Virus record (IMG/VR): IMGVR_UViG_3300040807_000340
Source: a virus
Direction: 5' to 3' (one strand)
Length of the DNA: 33,480 nucleotides
Shown here: positions 32,049 to 33,480 of the stretch, piece by piece
Layout of the letters: every line of letters starts with the position of its first letter
Numbering within the stretch: the first letter of the stretch is position 1
Made by a program: the position numbers and the translations under genes
The notes under the pieces: model-generated
What the model was told of the DNA's origin: nothing
The model's input: only the letters and a program-made list of their open reading frames with translations
The model's database searches: none

Positions 32049-32678
32049 ATGGCTTTAGGTTTTACAGAGACTAGCAGTTCGGGTGGCGGGGATTTCTTGC
32101 CGATCATTAAGTTTAGCGCGAAAGATGGTTCATTTGTTCGCCAAGACCGGCACCAAGGGGCTGACGGCACTTGGGAAAAAAGCGAAAGCGAAATGGATTT
32201 GCCTTTAAAGGTTGTGATGGATATGGACGCCATTGAGGTTGGCTACATTGCGTTTACCACAACTGGGCCAGACTTTCGTATGGTGCAGGTTGGGCAGCAA
32301 ATGCCACAACAGCCATCGCCGGAGCATAAAGAGGGCTTCCGGGTGCGCCTCTACAACAAAGAGATCGGTTTGCGCGAGATGTCATCATCATCAAAGATTG
32401 TTCGCAATCAGATGAACACTCTGCACGATGCCTACATCGCCGGAAAGGCAGACAACCCCGGCAAGCTGCCGGTCATTGAGATCACTGGCAGTGACCGCAT
32501 CCAGATCGAAACGAAGGCGCAAGGAACGCAGACGTTTCGGTCACCCAAATGGTCAATCTCTGGCTGGATTGAGCGGCCAGAGGGCATGATCCAAGGCGCG
32601 TCAGCGCCAGCAGAACCCGCACCAGCGCAAGTTGCGCCACCTGTCCCACCCGCAGCGGCAGGCGCTGATTTGTTCTAG
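32049..32678 (+). CDS. Candidate single-stranded-DNA-binding / annealing protein (globular domain, Pro/Ala linker, acidic-aromatic tip GADLF)
   Basis: SD aaggag lies upstream. The C-terminal stretch ASAPAEPAPAQVAPPVPPAAAGADLF mimics the SSB linker-plus-tip architecture. The gene is directly upstream of the primase-helicase. Confidence 0.4.
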   Translation: MALGFTETSSSGGGDFLPIIKFSAKDGSFVRQDRHQGADGTWEKSESEMDLPLKVVMDMDAIEVGYIAFTTTGPDFRMVQVGQQMPQQPSPEHKEGFRVRLYNKEIGLREMSSSSKIVRNQMNTLHDAYIAGKADNPGKLPVIEITGSDRIQIETKAQGTQTFRSPKWSISGWIERPEGMIQGASAPAEPAPAQVAPPVPPAAAGADLF

Positions 32679-32690
32679 TGCGGTAGCGTC

Positions 32691-32740
32691 CCGGCAGGCT
32701 TTCCTCCCTTGTGCCTGCCGGGGCGTGTCTTTTCGGGTGG
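32691..32740 (+). terminator. Strong hairpin (attenuator/terminator candidate) between the SSB-like and primase genes
   Basis: Perfect 10-bp stem cccggcaggc/gcctgccggg with a 13-nt loop, followed by gcgtgtcttttc. Confidence 0.4.
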
Positions 32741-32761
32741 ACAGGGGGAAAGGTTAGTAAG

Positions 32762-33480
32762 ATGACAAATATATCAGCATATATAGAACAGGTGGCGCGG
32801 CACTATTTGGGTGAGCCGAATGCCAAATTGAGCAAGGGCAATGAATTGCGCTTTGGCACGCATGGCAGTATGTCGATTTCAAAAAACAAAGGAACTTTTT
32901 TTGACCATCAAAACGGCGTGGGTGGCGGCGTTATTGACTTGGTGCGGATGTTCGAGCCAGCCAGCATTAATGGCAGTCTGGGCGATGTGCTAGAGCGTAA
33001 GTTTGGCATAGCCAAGCGGGTGCAAGAGACATTGACACCGGCAAAGTATCTTAGCCGTCAGTATGATTATTATAACGAAGACGGTGAACTGGTGTATCAG
33101 GTGCAACGCTTCGAGCCTAAGACATTTCGTCAACGCCGCCCGGACGGCAATGGCGGCTGGCTATATAATATGGATGGCGTCACCCCGGTGCCATACAATC
33201 TAGCCGGGATGATACAGAACCCGGACGCGCCGGTCTTTGTGGTTGAGGGCGAGAAATGCGCTGACGCGCTGATTAAATTGGGCGTGGTTGCGACAACCAA
33301 TCACGGTGGGTCAAAAAATTGGAAGCCGGATCTAAACAAGCATTTTGATGGCCGCAACGTGGTTGTAATTGAGGACAACGATGAGGCTGGCAAGGCACAC
33401 GCTGATGTCGTTACAGGTCAGCTATTCCCGGTGGCGAAGCGCATCAAGCGCGTGAGCCTGCCGGGATTGGCTGACAAGGG
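32762..33480 (+). CDS. Primase-helicase, N-terminal part (Toprim DnaG-like primase). It runs off the window end and continues at nt 1. It is not in the ORF track.
   Basis: Hand translation: MTNISAYIEQVARHYLGEPNAKLSKGNELRFGTHGSMSISKNKGTFFDHQNGVGGGVIDLV... The Toprim Glu is in VFVVEGEKCADAL and the DxD in VIEDNDEAG. SD gggggaaagg lies upstream. No stop occurs before nt 33480. Confidence 0.85.
   Translation, partial: MTNISAYIEQVARHYLGEPNAKLSKGNELRFGTHGSMSISKNKGTFFDHQNGVGGGVIDLVRMFEPASINGSLGDVLERKFGIAKRVQETLTPAKYLSRQYDYYNEDGELVYQVQRFEPKTFRQRRPDGNGGWLYNMDGVTPVPYNLAGMIQNPDAPVFVVEGEKCADALIKLGVVATTNHGGSKNWKPDLNKHFDGRNVVVIEDNDEAGKAHADVVTGQLFPVAKRIKRVSLPGLADK
33354..33480. repeat. Exact 127-nt terminal overlap, copy 2 (identical to 1-127)
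   Basis: See copy 1. The base before the repeat (33353 c) joins nt 1 in frame. Confidence 0.97.

Noticed and set aside
1-33480. tRNA genes, CRISPR arrays, rRNA, and named defence or anti-defence systems
   Set aside because: Non-coding gaps are too short (the largest are 180 and 140 nt) and show no cloverleaf-like or repeat-spacer structure. No ORF shows motifs of known defence effectors that I can recognise by eye. Small unknown ORFs cannot be excluded as anti-defence genes.

Overview
The window is a complete, circularly closed genome of a small podovirus-like phage that is probably temperate. Nt 1-127 are repeated exactly at 33354-33480, so the unique length is 33,353 nt. One primase-helicase ORF reads straight through that junction. 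About 50 tightly packed genes are present, most joined by ATGA or TAATG stop/start overlaps.

Rightward early/replication module (30884 -> 3231, through the junction):
- ribbon-helix-helix (RHH) regulator, Hjc-like resolvase, a nuclease-like protein and an SSB-like protein
- Toprim primase fused to a RecA-type helicase
- a GTGGGGT/ACCCCAC iteron-like array
- a 187-aa protein ending in the SSB tip DDDIPF
- a wHTH/DnaD-like initiator and several zinc-ribbon mini-proteins

Packaging and morphogenesis (3203-25568):
- terS and terL, a GNAT-like protein, small basic and Gly-rich proteins
- T7-type portal, scaffold, major capsid
- gp11-like and gp12-like tail tubular proteins
- four internal-virion-type proteins
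- a tail fibre followed by three tandem fibre-tip paralogs

Lysis cassette (25576-27644): interrupted by a PD-(D/E)xK endonuclease gene.

Leftward operon (30743 -> 27652): a small serine recombinase, a 39-aa membrane peptide, an HNH endonuclease, a YqaJ exonuclease and a LexA-DNA-binding-domain-only protein. It diverges from the rightward operon at a palindromic operator.

I found no DNA polymerase, RNA polymerase, tRNA, CRISPR array, reverse transcriptase/DGR or recognisable named defence system.

The most unusual items, all hypotheses from reading the sequence:
1. A lipoprotein ORF and a coiled-coil ORF with a C-terminal transmembrane domain overlap at an in-frame A_AAG_GGG -1 slippery heptamer. 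Slippage would give a unimolecular-spanin-like fusion.
2. A possible host-replisome recruitment set: iteron array, SSB-tip-bearing non-SSB protein, SSB-like protein, and no phage polymerase.
3. An extra internal virion protein whose C-terminal half carries colinear HhH-GPD DNA-glycosylase-like motifs.
4. A triple array of receptor-binding-type paralogs that all end in HGDLA.

All family names come from memory of motifs. No database search was run.
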